Part shown: positions 10,825 to 21,052 of the stretch, one piece after another
Layout of the letters: each line of letters starts with the position of its first letter
How positions within the stretch are numbered: position 1 is the stretch's first letter
Assembly (NCBI GenBank): GCA_963666285.1
Contig: OY762711.1
DNA: 64,000 nt
Strand: one strand, 5' to 3'
DNA from: Sedimentisphaerales bacterium
GTDB taxonomy: Bacteria > Planctomycetota > Phycisphaerae > Sedimentisphaerales > SM23-30
The notes under the pieces: generated by a model
Databases searched by the model: none
Seen by the model: the letters and a program-made list of their open reading frames with translations, nothing else
Told to the model about the DNA's origin: nothing
Position numbers and translations under genes: made by a program

Positions 10825-10926
10825 TTTTATAATCTCTACTTTATATAGTTATTTTATATAACAGGCATAAGGGATACGGGATAAGGCATAAGGAGAGGAA
10901 TCGCCTGCGGTGAAGCGGTCCAGAAC

Positions 10927-12135
10927 CTATTTCATGCCCAGTACTCCCAATACATGTTCGAGGTCTTTGTCGCCGCGACCGGAAAGGTTGACAACAATGA
11001 CTTTGTCCTTGCCGTATTTCGGCGCGGTACGTATAACTTCTGCGATAGCATGTGAGCTTTCGAGGGCGGGGATGATCCCTTCGAGCTTACATAGCAGCTT
11101 GAAGGCGTCGAGTGCCTCGGTATCGGTAACGGACGAATATCTGGCGCGACCGAAATCCTTGAACGCGGCGTGTTCGGGACCGACGCCGGGATAGTCCAGC
11201 CCAGCCGAAATTGAATATGCTTCCTGAATCTGGCCGTTGTCATCCTGTAGGACGTAGCTTTTGGTACCGTGCAGCACGCCGACCCGGCCATGGCCGAGGG
11301 TTGCGGCATGTTCGGGGGTATCAACGCCCTTGCCGGCCGCTTCGACACCCATGATTTCGACCGATTCATCAGCCAGGAACGGATAGAACATTCCCATCGC
11401 GTTACTACCGCCGCCGACACAGGCGATCAGCAGGTCGGGCAGCCGCCCTTCCTGGGTGAGTATCTGCTCGCGAGTCTCGTCGCCGATAACCCGCTGGAAG
11501 TCGCGGACCAGTGCCGGGTACGGATGCGGCCCGGCAACCGTGCCGATCACATAGAAAGTATCTTCGACGGCCCCGGCCCAATATCGGATCGCAGCGTTCA
11601 TCGCGTCTTTGAGAGTTGCGGTACCATCATTGATCGGCACAACCTCTGCGCCGACAAGTTTCATACGCTGCACGTTGGGCTGCTGACGTCTGACATCTTC
11701 GGCCCCCATAAAGACCTTGCATTCCATGTCCATGAGAGCTGCGGTGATAGCGGTAGCTACGCCATGCTGGCCGGCACCGGTTTCGGCGATAACCTTGCGT
11801 TTGCCCATGCGTTGTGCGAGCAGCACCTGTCCGATAGTATTGTTGATCTTGTGGGCGCCGGTATGGTTAAGGTCTTCCCGTTTGAGGTATATCTTTGCAC
11901 CGCCGAGCGCATCTGTCAGTCGTTTGGCAAAGTATAAAGGAGAAGGCCTGCCGACATATTGCTTGAGCAGGTATTTATATTCGGCGATAAAGTCATCGTC
12001 GGCCATGTATTTCTTCCAGGCGAGTTCCAGTTCGTTAACCGCCGGAATAAGAGTTTCACCGACATATTTTCCACCGTATGGCCCGAAATGCCCCTTTTCA
12101 TCGGGCATCGTCATTAGTTGTTCTATTTTTGACAT
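10927..12135 (-). CDS. trpB: Tryptophan synthase beta subunit
   Basis: [16 protein letters not shown] (PLP Lys), [31 protein letters not shown]. Confidence 0.99.
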   Translation of the reverse strand: MSKIEQLMTMPDEKGHFGPYGGKYVGETLIPAVNELELAWKKYMADDDFIAEYKYLLKQYVGRPSPLYFAKRLTDALGGAKIYLKREDLNHTGAHKINNTIGQVLLAQRMGKRKVIAETGAGQHGVATAITAALMDMECKVFMGAEDVRRQQPNVQRMKLVGAEVVPINDGTATLKDAMNAAIRYWAGAVEDTFYVIGTVAGPHPYPALVRDFQRVIGDETREQILTQEGRLPDLLIACVGGGSNAMGMFYPFLADESVEIMGVEAAGKGVDTPEHAATLGHGRVGVLHGTKSYVLQDDNGQIQEAYSISAGLDYPGVGPEHAAFKDFGRARYSSVTDTEALDAFKLLCKLEGIIPALESSHAIAEVIRTAPKYGKDKVIVVNLSGRGDKDLEHVLGVLGMK

Positions 12136-12223
12136 ATATCTTCCTCATTGATTTTCATCATACTCTAATTGCACCGGGAGCGAGACCAAAGTGTGACGAA
12201 CTGTGGCAGCTTAGATATATTTC

Positions 12224-12271
12224 TCCCACGAGTTGAAACCCTTGGCTACAACTTATCGTCCCTACGGGACT
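12224..12271 (+). repeat. REP-like palindromic unit between trpF and trpB
   Basis: CCCACGAGTTGAAACCCTTGGCTA...GTCCCTACGGGAC, resembling REP sequences associated with IS200-like (RAYT) transposases. Confidence 0.6.
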
Positions 12272-12312
12272 TATTTTGTGTTTCGGCTTCGCCTAAACTA
12301 TTTATATTTCTA

Positions 12313-12972
12313 TTAGAAGCAGTCTTCGATTCGTCGTGTGTATTCGACCGCCCTGGCATTTTCGATGAAAGCTTTGACCTTTTCGATATCTTTTATGCCT
12401 GGCTCTTTTTCCACGCCGCTGCTGACATCAACCGCATCTGGATATGCCTGCTGAATCGCATCAGCAACATTGTCCGGGTCGAGTCCGCCGGCAAGCACGA
12501 AAGGACAAACACCGGCCAGTTCTTTGGCAATCTCCCAGTTCCAGCTGATGCCGTTACCGCCTGGCAGCCTACCTTTTTTGCCTTCTACCAGCACAGCGGA
12601 ATTGAACCGGGCCGCTTCACGAACAATATCTATAACATTTATATCGATATATTTAATAACATCAACACCGAACTGGTCCCTGACATTATTGAGTATCTCA
12701 TATGACTCGCTGCCATGAAGCTGGACAGTGTCAACTTTGCAATGCTTGATAATCTCGCCGATCTCAAGAACCGGCATATTAACAACCACCGCTACCTTTG
12801 CAACATGGTCCGGGACCGCCTGGCAGACCCTCTGGGCCTGCTTGATAGTAAGGTTCCGCGGACTCTTACTGTAGAATACCAGCCCAATCGCATCAGCTCC
12901 TGCCTTAACAATATCTTCTGCCTGTTTTGCATTTGTAATACCACATACTTTCACCTGCACTTTATTTGCCAT
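12313..12972 (-). CDS. trpF: Phosphoribosylanthranilate isomerase
   Basis: VKVCGIT, GLVFYSKSPR, VQLHGSE, LAGGLDPDNV, VDVSSGVE. Confidence 0.97.
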   Translation of the reverse strand: MANKVQVKVCGITNAKQAEDIVKAGADAIGLVFYSKSPRNLTIKQAQRVCQAVPDHVAKVAVVVNMPVLEIGEIIKHCKVDTVQLHGSESYEILNNVRDQFGVDVIKYIDINVIDIVREAARFNSAVLVEGKKGRLPGGNGISWNWEIAKELAGVCPFVLAGGLDPDNVADAIQQAYPDAVDVSSGVEKEPGIKDIEKVKAFIENARAVEYTRRIEDCF

Positions 12973-13753
12973 CAATTACTCCGTTAATTAGTTTTAAATA
13001 TCCAGTTGGGTTGTCGCTTCTCATAAGAGTTTCGCCGATAAGATAATTATTCAATCCATCAGCATAGGCCTGTCGTACATCATCGCAGCTGCTGACACCG
13101 CTGGCAGCGACAACGATACAATCCCAGTCAATCTGACGAGACAGCCGTACGGCATTGTCGCTATCAACTTCGAAAGTTACCAGGTCGCGATTGTTTATGC
13201 CAATCAGGTCGGCACCGGCTTTTTTGGCACGGGCCAGGTCTTGTTCGTCGAAGATTTCGACGAGCGGGTCCATGCCGCAATCTCGAGTGAGCCTGATGAA
13301 GTCTATCATCTGCTCATCGGAAAGAATGCGGGTAATCAGCAGTACCGCGTCACAACCGGCAGCAGCCGATTCGAGGATCTGGAACCCGTCGATTGTAAAG
13401 TCTTTTCGCAGTACCGGGATACTAACTGCCTGGCGGGCGGCAGTCATATCAGCGAGGCATCCTTTGAAATAGTCGGCCTCGGTAAGCACCGACATTGCCG
13501 CGGCGCCACCGGCCTGGTAGGCACGAGCCTGTTCAGCCGGTTCGATATCGAGCCGGATATCGCCTTTGCTGGGCGAAGCTTTCTTATATTCAGCGATCAC
13601 GTTAATCTTGTTTTTATCTGACAGAGCTGCCCGGAACCCGCGTCCTGTATTACTCAGGGCCTGTTCCTTCACCATAAGCATGTTGACATTTTCTTTGGCA
13701 GCGTCAATTTCAGCTCGCTTGCAAGCGAGAATTTTATCTAAAAAATCGTTCAT
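12962..13753 (-). CDS. trpC: Indole-3-glycerol phosphate synthase
   Basis: IAEYKKASPSKG, SVLTE, LRKDF, GINNRDL; ATG at 13753 preferred to the TTG that lies inside the repeat module. Confidence 0.97.
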   Translation of the reverse strand: MNDFLDKILACKRAEIDAAKENVNMLMVKEQALSNTGRGFRAALSDKNKINVIAEYKKASPSKGDIRLDIEPAEQARAYQAGGAAAMSVLTEADYFKGCLADMTAARQAVSIPVLRKDFTIDGFQILESAAAGCDAVLLITRILSDEQMIDFIRLTRDCGMDPLVEIFDEQDLARAKKAGADLIGINNRDLVTFEVDSDNAVRLSRQIDWDCIVVAASGVSSCDDVRQAYADGLNNYLIGETLMRSDNPTGYLKLINGVIDGK

Positions 13754-13908
13754 ATTTTTAATTTCTAAAGGGATAAGCAATCAGGATAAGGCATCAGGAA
13801 AGGCTGTTGCTAACGCGACCTTGTTTTAAAGCTGACGCAAATTGTAATATCCTTTTATAAACTTATCATTTATTGTTTTGTTATTTTGTTTTTAATATCA
13901 AATATATA

Positions 13909-14913
13909 TTACGCGTAGGTTACCAGCTGGCGGAGTTTTTCTTTGGCCTTACCGCTATCGATTGCTTCCTGGGCGATAGTAATACCCTGCCTGAGATCGA
14001 CAGCGAGGTCGGCTGCAACTATGGCAGCAGCTGAATTCAAAACTACGATATCGCGGCATGCGCCGGTCTTGCCATCGAGAATATCAGTGACGATACCGGC
14101 GTTGACTTCCGGTCCGCCGCCGACCAGTTCCCCCGGCTCGTAAACTTCGCCGAGATACTGCTCCGGGTAGAGGTCGTAAGTTTTGACAGAACCGCCGTTG
14201 AGTTCGCTGATACGGGTCGGGCCGCAGACACTGATTTCATCGAGCCCATCGTGACCGTGCACAATGAACGCTCTTTTGGCACCGAGCAGATTGAGAGCCT
14301 CGGCGAACATTTCGGTAAGTTCAGCCTTGAACACGCCGAGTACCTGGCGGTCGGCACCGGCCGGGTTTGTCAGCGGGCCGAGCATATTGAAGATAGAACG
14401 CAGGCCGATCTCTTTACGAGGCGGCCCGGCATGTCTCATAGCCTTGTGATAGTTAGGAGCGAACATAAAACCGATACCAATTTCGTTAACGGACATCTCG
14501 ACAGTTTCCACATCAATCGCGAGGTTCAGGCCGAGCTGCTCGAGTACGTCGGCACTGCCGCATTTGCTGGATACACTGCGGTTGCCATGTTTGGCGATCT
14601 TTACCCCGGCACCGGCTGCAACAATGGCAGAAGCAGTTGAAACATTGAAAGTATCAGAGCCGTCACCACCGGTACCACAGGTATCGACAATGGGAGCGAC
14701 CAGCGGCTGGATACGCATCGCCTTGCTACGCATACATTCGGCGGCACCGGCAAGCTCTTCGAAGGTTTCACCTTTGCAAGCCATCGCGGTCATAAACCCG
14801 CCGATCTGGGTGCTGGTAAGTTCACCATCGAGCACCAGGTTCATCAGATCGTACATTTCCGACTTAGTCAGGTTTGTCTGCGAAATTATTTTGGTCATCA
14901 GTGTTTTATACAT
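13909..14913 (-). CDS. trpD: Anthranilate phosphoribosyltransferase
   Basis: DTCGTGGDG, KHGNRSVSSKCGSADVLE, FNMLGPLTNPA. Confidence 0.98.
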   Translation of the reverse strand: MYKTLMTKIISQTNLTKSEMYDLMNLVLDGELTSTQIGGFMTAMACKGETFEELAGAAECMRSKAMRIQPLVAPIVDTCGTGGDGSDTFNVSTASAIVAAGAGVKIAKHGNRSVSSKCGSADVLEQLGLNLAIDVETVEMSVNEIGIGFMFAPNYHKAMRHAGPPRKEIGLRSIFNMLGPLTNPAGADRQVLGVFKAELTEMFAEALNLLGAKRAFIVHGHDGLDEISVCGPTRISELNGGSVKTYDLYPEQYLGEVYEPGELVGGGPEVNAGIVTDILDGKTGACRDIVVLNSAAAIVAADLAVDLRQGITIAQEAIDSGKAKEKLRQLVTYA

Positions 14914-14935
14914 GGCCAGTTCCTTTCAATAATCA

Positions 14936-15502
14936 TCAGCCACAGATATTGATAAAGTTTCTCATCATTTTTTTGCCCATAGGTGTCATGATAGATTCCG
15001 GGTGGAACTGGACACCTTCGACCTTGTATTCCTTATGACGCAGTCCCATAATCTCTCCGTCTTCGGTGGTGGCGGTAATCTCAAGAACGTCGGGGATAAG
15101 GTTCGGGTCGGCGGCCAGCGAATGATAACGCATAACCTGGACATCGTTTTTCAGTCCTTCGAAAACACCTTTGCCATCATGTTTGACATTAGATGTTTTG
15201 CCGTGCATAATATTTTTGGCATGGATGATCTTGCCGCCGAAAGCTTCGGCAATAGTCTGATGGCCGAGACATACTCCCAGGATAGGCAGCTTGCCGGAGA
15301 AATACTTAACAAGCTCCAGCGAAATACCGGCCTCTGACGGGCGGCCCGGACCGGGCGAGATAACAATACCATCGGGCGAAAGTTTTTCGACCTCTTCAAC
15401 AGTGATCTTATCATTCCGATAAACAACAACCTCGGTCTGCTGGGCAAAGTCCTGCACCAGGTTGTAGGTAAACGAATCATAATTATCTAACATGAATATC
15501 AT
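14936..15502 (-). CDS. trpG: Anthranilate synthase component II (glutamine amidotransferase)
   Basis: DNYDSFTYNL, SPGPG, GVCLGHQ, GVQFHPES. Confidence 0.97.
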   Translation of the reverse strand: MIFMLDNYDSFTYNLVQDFAQQTEVVVYRNDKITVEEVEKLSPDGIVISPGPGRPSEAGISLELVKYFSGKLPILGVCLGHQTIAEAFGGKIIHAKNIMHGKTSNVKHDGKGVFEGLKNDVQVMRYHSLAADPNLIPDVLEITATTEDGEIMGLRHKEYKVEGVQFHPESIMTPMGKKMMRNFINICG

Positions 15503-15623
15503 TTTTTATCTCCGTATATCACAGGTATCAGGGAAGGTAACCGCCTTTGGCGGAAAATATTTTAAGCTTCGCATTATTTTACCTTTAATCCACTTACCTG
15601 ATTTATTGCATAATTTTATCTTT

Positions 15624-17102
15624 TCAGTTTTTAGCTTTTTTAGCGAATTCGATGGCACGATGAATGGCCATTGCCTTATTAACAGTTTCAACTCTTTCAA
15701 ATTCCGGGTCGGAATCGGCTACTATGCCGGCACCGGCCTGAACAGTGAGTCTGCCGTCTTCGATAACAGCGGTCCGGATAGTAATAGCCATATCCATATT
15801 GCCGTTGAACCCGATATAGCCGACCGCCCCGCCGTAACAGCCGCGCGGCGAGTTTTCCTGCTCGGCGATGATCTCCATGGCCCTGACCTTCGGTGCACCG
15901 GATAGAGTACCGGCCGGGAAAGTTGCCTTGAACAGATCGAACGCGTCCATACTGTCATCAACCTGGCAGACGACATTACTGACAAGGTGCATAACATGTG
16001 AATAACGTTCGACGATCATCAGGTCGGTAACCTGGACGGTGCCGGTTTTGCCGACGCGTCCGAGATCGTTGCGGCCAAGGTCGACCAGCATAAGATGCTC
16101 GGCACGCTCCTTCTGGTCTTTGAGCAGCTCGTCAGCAAGGGCACGATCTTCCTGCTCGGTTTTGCCGCGTTTGCGGGTACCGGCAATCGGCCTGACACAA
16201 GCGGTGCGATTATCGAGCCGTACCATAGTCTCCGGTGAGGCACCGATGATAATACGATCATCAATTGCCATATAATAGAGATAAGGAGACGGGTTGATAA
16301 ACCGCAGCGAACGATATAAGGAAATGGAATCTTTTGGTGCCGGGCAACTGAACTGCTGAGAGATAACGGCCTGGATAATATCACCTTCGAAGATATGGTC
16401 CTTTACCTTGAGTACTTTATCGCGAAATTCCTGTTCGCCGTTGTCGCTGGTGAAGGTGTCATCGATTTCAAATTTAACATCTTCATCTCCATCGGTAGAG
16501 CTGTTGACAATGCCGGTGAGCTTTGCGAGCCTGTCGGTTACCTGCTGGTAGCATTTTTCAGGAGCAGAGCCGTTAATGAATGCCAGTACGATACAGCTGA
16601 CACAATGGCGGACATTATCAAAAACAATAATCTCATCGGGAACAACGAAGCTGGCAATCGGCTTGGCCGGATCACATTTAATGGGTATATCTTCGATGAA
16701 GCTGACAGATTCGTAATTGAACACTCCCACCAGTCCGCCAACAAATCTTGGCAGATCGGCCAGTGACGCTTCCCTGTATCGACCGCTGAACTGGCGGAGG
16801 ACCGGGAACGGGTCGCCATCGTGCGGGATAGTTTCGGTATTACCATCTTCGATAATCTCAACCCTATCGGTATAAACCCGCACACGTATACGAGCAGAAA
16901 CCCCGAGAAAACTATACCGTCCCCAGTTTTCACCGCCCACTACACTTTCGAGCAGGAAGATATCCTTCCGATCAGAAAACTTTTTCAGCAGTGAAACCGG
17001 TGTCTGTGTATCGGCGAGCAGCTCGGTACAGACCGGGACAACGTTGTAATCTTTCGCTAAGGAAAGAAAAGCTTCTTTTTCCGGCAACGATCTTATATAC
17101 AC
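15624..17102 (-). CDS. trpE: Anthranilate synthase component I
   Basis: LLES, NPSPY, PIAGTR, EHLMLVDLGRND, PAGTLSGAPK; GTG start with AGGAG RBS. Confidence 0.97.
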   Translation of the reverse strand: MYIRSLPEKEAFLSLAKDYNVVPVCTELLADTQTPVSLLKKFSDRKDIFLLESVVGGENWGRYSFLGVSARIRVRVYTDRVEIIEDGNTETIPHDGDPFPVLRQFSGRYREASLADLPRFVGGLVGVFNYESVSFIEDIPIKCDPAKPIASFVVPDEIIVFDNVRHCVSCIVLAFINGSAPEKCYQQVTDRLAKLTGIVNSSTDGDEDVKFEIDDTFTSDNGEQEFRDKVLKVKDHIFEGDIIQAVISQQFSCPAPKDSISLYRSLRFINPSPYLYYMAIDDRIIIGASPETMVRLDNRTACVRPIAGTRKRGKTEQEDRALADELLKDQKERAEHLMLVDLGRNDLGRVGKTGTVQVTDLMIVERYSHVMHLVSNVVCQVDDSMDAFDLFKATFPAGTLSGAPKVRAMEIIAEQENSPRGCYGGAVGYIGFNGNMDMAITIRTAVIEDGRLTVQAGAGIVADSDPEFERVETVNKAMAIHRAIEFAKKAKN

Positions 17103-17142
17103 TGTAATTAACTCCTAAAATCTAAAACTGTTATTTTACCAT

Positions 17143-17181
17143 AAAAAAAATCGTGAGTAACGAATAACTTTACTCACGATT
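17143..17181 (-). terminator. trp attenuator terminator
   Basis: mRNA AAUCGUGAGUAA-loop-UUACUCACGAUU with a U-run, about 40 nt upstream of trpE. Confidence 0.9.
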
Positions 17182-17243
17182 GATATTGTTTATCAAATAT
17201 ATAAATTTTTAGGCAGGAAAACCCTGAAATTGAACGTGAGCAA

Positions 17244-17312
17244 TCATAAACTTGCTGTGTAAGCCAGCCAGCTACGCCAAGGACGCCAGATTGTGTTAAG
17301 TTCAAGTTTCAT
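17244..17312 (-). CDS. trpL: trp leader peptide MKLELNTIWRPWRSWLAYTASL
   Basis: Manual translation: 22 codons with three TGG codons, immediately upstream of the antiterminator and terminator. Confidence 0.88.
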   Translation of the reverse strand: MKLELNTIWRPWRSWLAYTASL

Positions 17313-17367
17313 AGTTTTATGTTTTCTAATATAACAAATAATTTCTACTATTGCTATGTTTCTACAA

Positions 17368-17396
17368 ATAGTAACATTTTTATCGGTGCAATTCAA
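17368..17396 (-). promoter_or_regulatory. Putative sigma70 promoter of trp leader
   Basis: TTGAAT-17 bp-TACTAT with extended -10 TG. Confidence 0.6.
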
Positions 17397-17621
17397 GTAA
17401 ATATTCAGTAAGTTTTATAATTTTATAATCCCAAAGACAATCATGCACATAAGGAATTGTAAAACATACACTTATGAATAGCACGCCTTGTGTCGAAAAT
17501 CGTTATAATCCTGGCAGAACGCATTTGGAAGGAAAATGCCGGGGGAAACACAAAAACCAGCTTAAATACTTATATGCAAACGGTTTACAATCATTATAAA
17601 ATTTTTATCAAAATTTGCATA

Positions 17622-18380
17622 TTACCAGGAACTGTAGTACATTCGGACACTCTCATTCTGTTCAAACCAGCTTAGCTCATCCCATTTAACCCATTTTGTG
17701 GAAGTATCGAGCAATCCAATAGCGAGTCCTTGAATTTCGGGTAGTTCTTCTGTTTCAGGGGGCAGGTACCGGGCCGAGCCACTCTGGAGATGGGGAATTT
17801 TGGCGCCCCATGATCCGCCGGTACTGATGGTGTCCCAATGATAGCATGCCAGAAGGGTAGGAGACGAAATTTTTGAGTTGCCATCAGATGTTTTGCTGAT
17901 AGATCGGTATGTTTTGCCGTTTTGCATGACAGGGCTGAAGGTTGTGCCGGGCCGGTCATAGCGTCTGCCATAATAAATAAATCCGATTGAGGTGCCTCCC
18001 AGGTAGAAACCATCATCGGTTTTGGGCGGCTCGTAAAAGAATTCATCGATTTTCTTCATCCAGTCGCCGCAAATGGCATGGTTCTGGTCGATATCATAAT
18101 CTTCACAAATTGACAGGCAACTGGCGAAATTAGTCTCATTCCAGTACTCCGGTGTATCTTCGTCCGGATGAATATTGCCCTGCGGAACCCAATCGAGATT
18201 GTCATTGGCGTACATATGGCAAACCATGGCACATTGCCGCTGATTCGAATAGCACAATGTGCGCTGGGCCTGTTTGCGGGCATGGCTCAAGGCCGGCATA
18301 AGGATACTTACCAATAACGCGATAATGGAGATAACTACCAGTAATTCAATAAGAGTGAAAGCATTTTTATTTTTAACCAT
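17622..18380 (-). CDS. Prepilin-type N-terminal cleavage/methylation protein (DUF1559-like)
   Basis: AFTLIELLVVISIIALLVSILMPALSHAR...CYSNQRQ. Confidence 0.9.
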   Translation of the reverse strand: MVKNKNAFTLIELLVVISIIALLVSILMPALSHARKQAQRTLCYSNQRQCAMVCHMYANDNLDWVPQGNIHPDEDTPEYWNETNFASCLSICEDYDIDQNHAICGDWMKKIDEFFYEPPKTDDGFYLGGTSIGFIYYGRRYDRPGTTFSPVMQNGKTYRSISKTSDGNSKISSPTLLACYHWDTISTGGSWGAKIPHLQSGSARYLPPETEELPEIQGLAIGLLDTSTKWVKWDELSWFEQNESVRMYYSSW

Positions 18381-18401
18381 AATATCTCTTCCTGCTAAAA
18401 A

Positions 18402-19208
18402 TCAATTATCCGCTGACGGCATTGATAATGATTTGACAATATTTTCAACAAGTTGCGGGACATGTTTCTGCTCATAATCAAAAACGTACATATTATATGT
18501 ACCGGAATGATTATAAAAAAAGATCTTCATCTGAACAGGCAGCAAAGACCACCGTCCTACCGTTATATTAATCCCCCTGATATCCTTCATATTTTGAGGC
18601 TCGCCAAATCTATAGACCATAAAATCCTCACTTATATCAACGGCCCCGGTATCACCAATTTCATTATCAGTATAAGCAAATACTCCCTGAGTAAGCACCT
18701 TAAACAAATTTTGCCGTTCTTTAACCGTACTGAGACCGGCAAACCATGAATCCCTGACATCAAGTATATTACCACTACTATCATACCTGGTATGACTTAC
18801 GCCGTTATCGACACAGTAATTTCCATTATCGAGCAAATCGACAAGAATTCCATCAACATACCAGGATTCCTGGCTGGACTTCAGGCTGCCGTTATCAAAC
18901 TCGAAACAATAGAAATGAACCTGTTGGATAGACCTGGAATGGGTGACAACTTTGGCCCAGGCGACATTGCCGCTATTGAAGTTATCAAGGGCAAGCATAC
19001 CGATGAAAAAGCCAATAATAAAAAGAGCCGCGGCAGTATACCGCCAGGCCCATGGCGAACCCTGGGGATGGGTGCTAAGATATAACGGGCCGATTGAATC
19101 GGTTTCCTTTAGCTTGTCCAGGTCGTTTTGCAATTTATCCCTTAGCTGCGGCGAAGGTTCAGCCGAGGGAGCATTATTTAATATATTTTCGATATCATGT
19201 ATATCCAT
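18402..19208 (-). CDS. Putative membrane-anchored anti-sigma factor
   Basis: Single TM after a short cytoplasmic N-terminus, 'VAWAKV' motif, directly downstream of an ECF sigma gene. Confidence 0.6.
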   Translation of the reverse strand: MDIHDIENILNNAPSAEPSPQLRDKLQNDLDKLKETDSIGPLYLSTHPQGSPWAWRYTAAALFIIGFFIGMLALDNFNSGNVAWAKVVTHSRSIQQVHFYCFEFDNGSLKSSQESWYVDGILVDLLDNGNYCVDNGVSHTRYDSSGNILDVRDSWFAGLSTVKERQNLFKVLTQGVFAYTDNEIGDTGAVDISEDFMVYRFGEPQNMKDIRGINITVGRWSLLPVQMKIFFYNHSGTYNMYVFDYEQKHVPQLVENIVKSLSMPSADN

Positions 19209-19277
19209 TTTAATTCTCCGTAAAAAATCTCAACGAGCAAGCCAAAGAAGATGTCAGTACCGGTTCGTGAGATAAAC

Positions 19278-19808
19278 TTAACTGTCTGAGTCAACCTGAT
19301 ACTTTAACTTGTCAAGTGTCTTGCGTAGCCTGTACTTGAGCGTGCTAAGCGGTATATTTAATATCGAAGCAGTTTCAGCGAGGCTGAGTTTTTCATAATA
19401 ATGAAGGTGGATCAATTGTCGGCTGTCATCGTCGAGCTGTTCGATAAGCCGGTAAATCCTGGCTGACTCCTGGGAATCGGCAACACTGTCAACCGGCCCG
19501 GAAGTCTCGTCGGCAATATCCCACCATTGTACCTGGCTGACAACCGGTAATTTACCTTTACGCTGCGAGTCAACATACCGGTTATAAGCAATTCGGTACA
19601 GCCAGGTAGAAACCGAGCAGCGCTGCTGAAAGCCGTCAAGGTTCTGCCAGGCCTTCATAAAAGTCTCCTGGGTAAGATCTTCGGCCAGTTCGCGACAGGC
19701 GCACAATCGGAACAGGTAGCTGTATATCTGCTGATAATATGACAGAATCAGCGATTCAGCGGCTAAATTGTCTGCCCGGCTGTCCCGGCGAGACGGCGCC
19801 TTTGCCAT
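19278..19808 (-). CDS. ECF sigma-70 factor
   Basis: AEDLTQETFMKAW, TWLYRIAYN, region 4 LSLAETASILNIPLSTLKYRL. Confidence 0.93.
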   Translation of the reverse strand: MAKAPSRRDSRADNLAAESLILSYYQQIYSYLFRLCACRELAEDLTQETFMKAWQNLDGFQQRCSVSTWLYRIAYNRYVDSQRKGKLPVVSQVQWWDIADETSGPVDSVADSQESARIYRLIEQLDDDSRQLIHLHYYEKLSLAETASILNIPLSTLKYRLRKTLDKLKYQVDSDS

Positions 19809-19850
19809 TATTTAAGCTCCAGTACTGTTTTTAAAACTTCGCGATAGTTA

Positions 19851-20026
19851 GAGCAATTTAATTTTTATGCTTCGCATCACTTTGTGGCGTGTTCGCTTTT
19901 TGCCTGTTGCGGTTTTGGCTGACTACATCAGAAATACTCGCAATATATGAATAATACTGTGTTTTCTTCTTTGTCAGCCTCATCCTCACAGAGGCATAAA
20001 TCGGAACAGAAAATATTAAAGTGCTC
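19851..20026. mobile_element. 176-bp MITE, copy 1
   Basis: TA|GAGCAATTTAAT...ATTAAAGTGCTC|TA; imperfect TIRs; inverted copy at 38580-38755. Confidence 0.85.
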
Positions 20027-20299
20027 TAATTTGATAATCTATTATTCATACGAATGCCGGTGTCCGGTCATATATATAGACGAAAAAAGCCGGAAACTGG
20101 CCAACTGTTTTTTAGAATAAACGAAAAAAAGATGAAAATCGACCATAGAATTAAAAAAAGAACAATCAATAAGCCAGATGCAAAACCAATGGCAAATATA
20201 AAGACGAGTAAAGAGATGACGTCCTGTACCTTAATTTTTATATTATAGTGGTACAGAACTTCTCTTATAGATTACCTACTATCAACAGACACCAAATAT

Positions 20300-21052
20300 T
20301 TATCGTCTGTGAGAAAGTGCACCGACAATCGGGGTGATAAAGTTCGGAATGATTTTATCGCTCATTAGATCTTCGATACATTCTTTGACCTCGGTGTAAG
20401 CCTCCTGGCTATCGAACTTAGAAGCCGGGTCCGGGTAGTGTCTGACGATCAAGTAAACGCTAAGCGGGCCAGACTCGGAATATTTACCGGTACGGGCCTG
20501 ATAAGCGCCAGTGCGAGACTCAAAGGTGAGCTTGGCCTGGAGCCGGCAGTCCTTGGTCATACCAATCAGTATTTCAGGATCGAAACCAAGCGGGCGATAA
20601 TTTTCGTTATCGAGCAGGTTCATAAAAGGTGTGTCCCTGAAAAGAGCTTCGGCGAAAATCTCGTCATGGTTACCATCATAATCGAAATCCATGCCGAACA
20701 TAAGTTCCAGGTTATTGATATCGAGATGAGTAACGCCGAGGGTATAAGGTATCTGATCAAGGATAAAACGGTTCTGTTCATCAACGATATCCAGAGATGT
20801 CGGATTGTACAGTCCGCTGAAAACATGGTCCTGACCGACAACGATACGACGATAGCTGCCAGCCTCTGCATCTTCGCTTAAGCAGAACTCACCTTCATCC
20901 CTTTGGTAAAAGGTATTCATAGATGGGTATTGCTTCTGAACACGATCGAAGAAATGGAGGATGGTGTCGCGGTCACTGGGCAGTTCCAGCTCAGTATTAA
21001 CCCGCATATTGACATAAAAATCGTCACACAATGTGCCGTAAGAGGTTGTCAT
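20300..21052 (-). CDS. Hypothetical protein, apparently of a planctomycete-conserved type
   Basis: 250-aa ORF with GGAAGG RBS; motifs DDFYVNM..TEL.LP and FDYxGNHDE recalled from planctomycete hypotheticals (not verified). Confidence 0.75.
   Translation of the reverse strand: MTTSYGTLCDDFYVNMRVNTELELPSDRDTILHFFDRVQKQYPSMNTFYQRDEGEFCLSEDAEAGSYRRIVVGQDHVFSGLYNPTSLDIVDEQNRFILDQIPYTLGVTHLDINNLELMFGMDFDYDGNHDEIFAEALFRDTPFMNLLDNENYRPLGFDPEILIGMTKDCRLQAKLTFESRTGAYQARTGKYSESGPLSVYLIVRHYPDPASKFDSQEAYTEVKECIEDLMSDKIIPNFITPIVGALSHRR

Noticed and set aside
17313..17366. TRAP-like UAG repeats in the trp leader
   Set aside because: Only about five UAG triplets with irregular spacing, versus roughly eleven closely spaced ones for TRAP; the leader peptide explains regulation.
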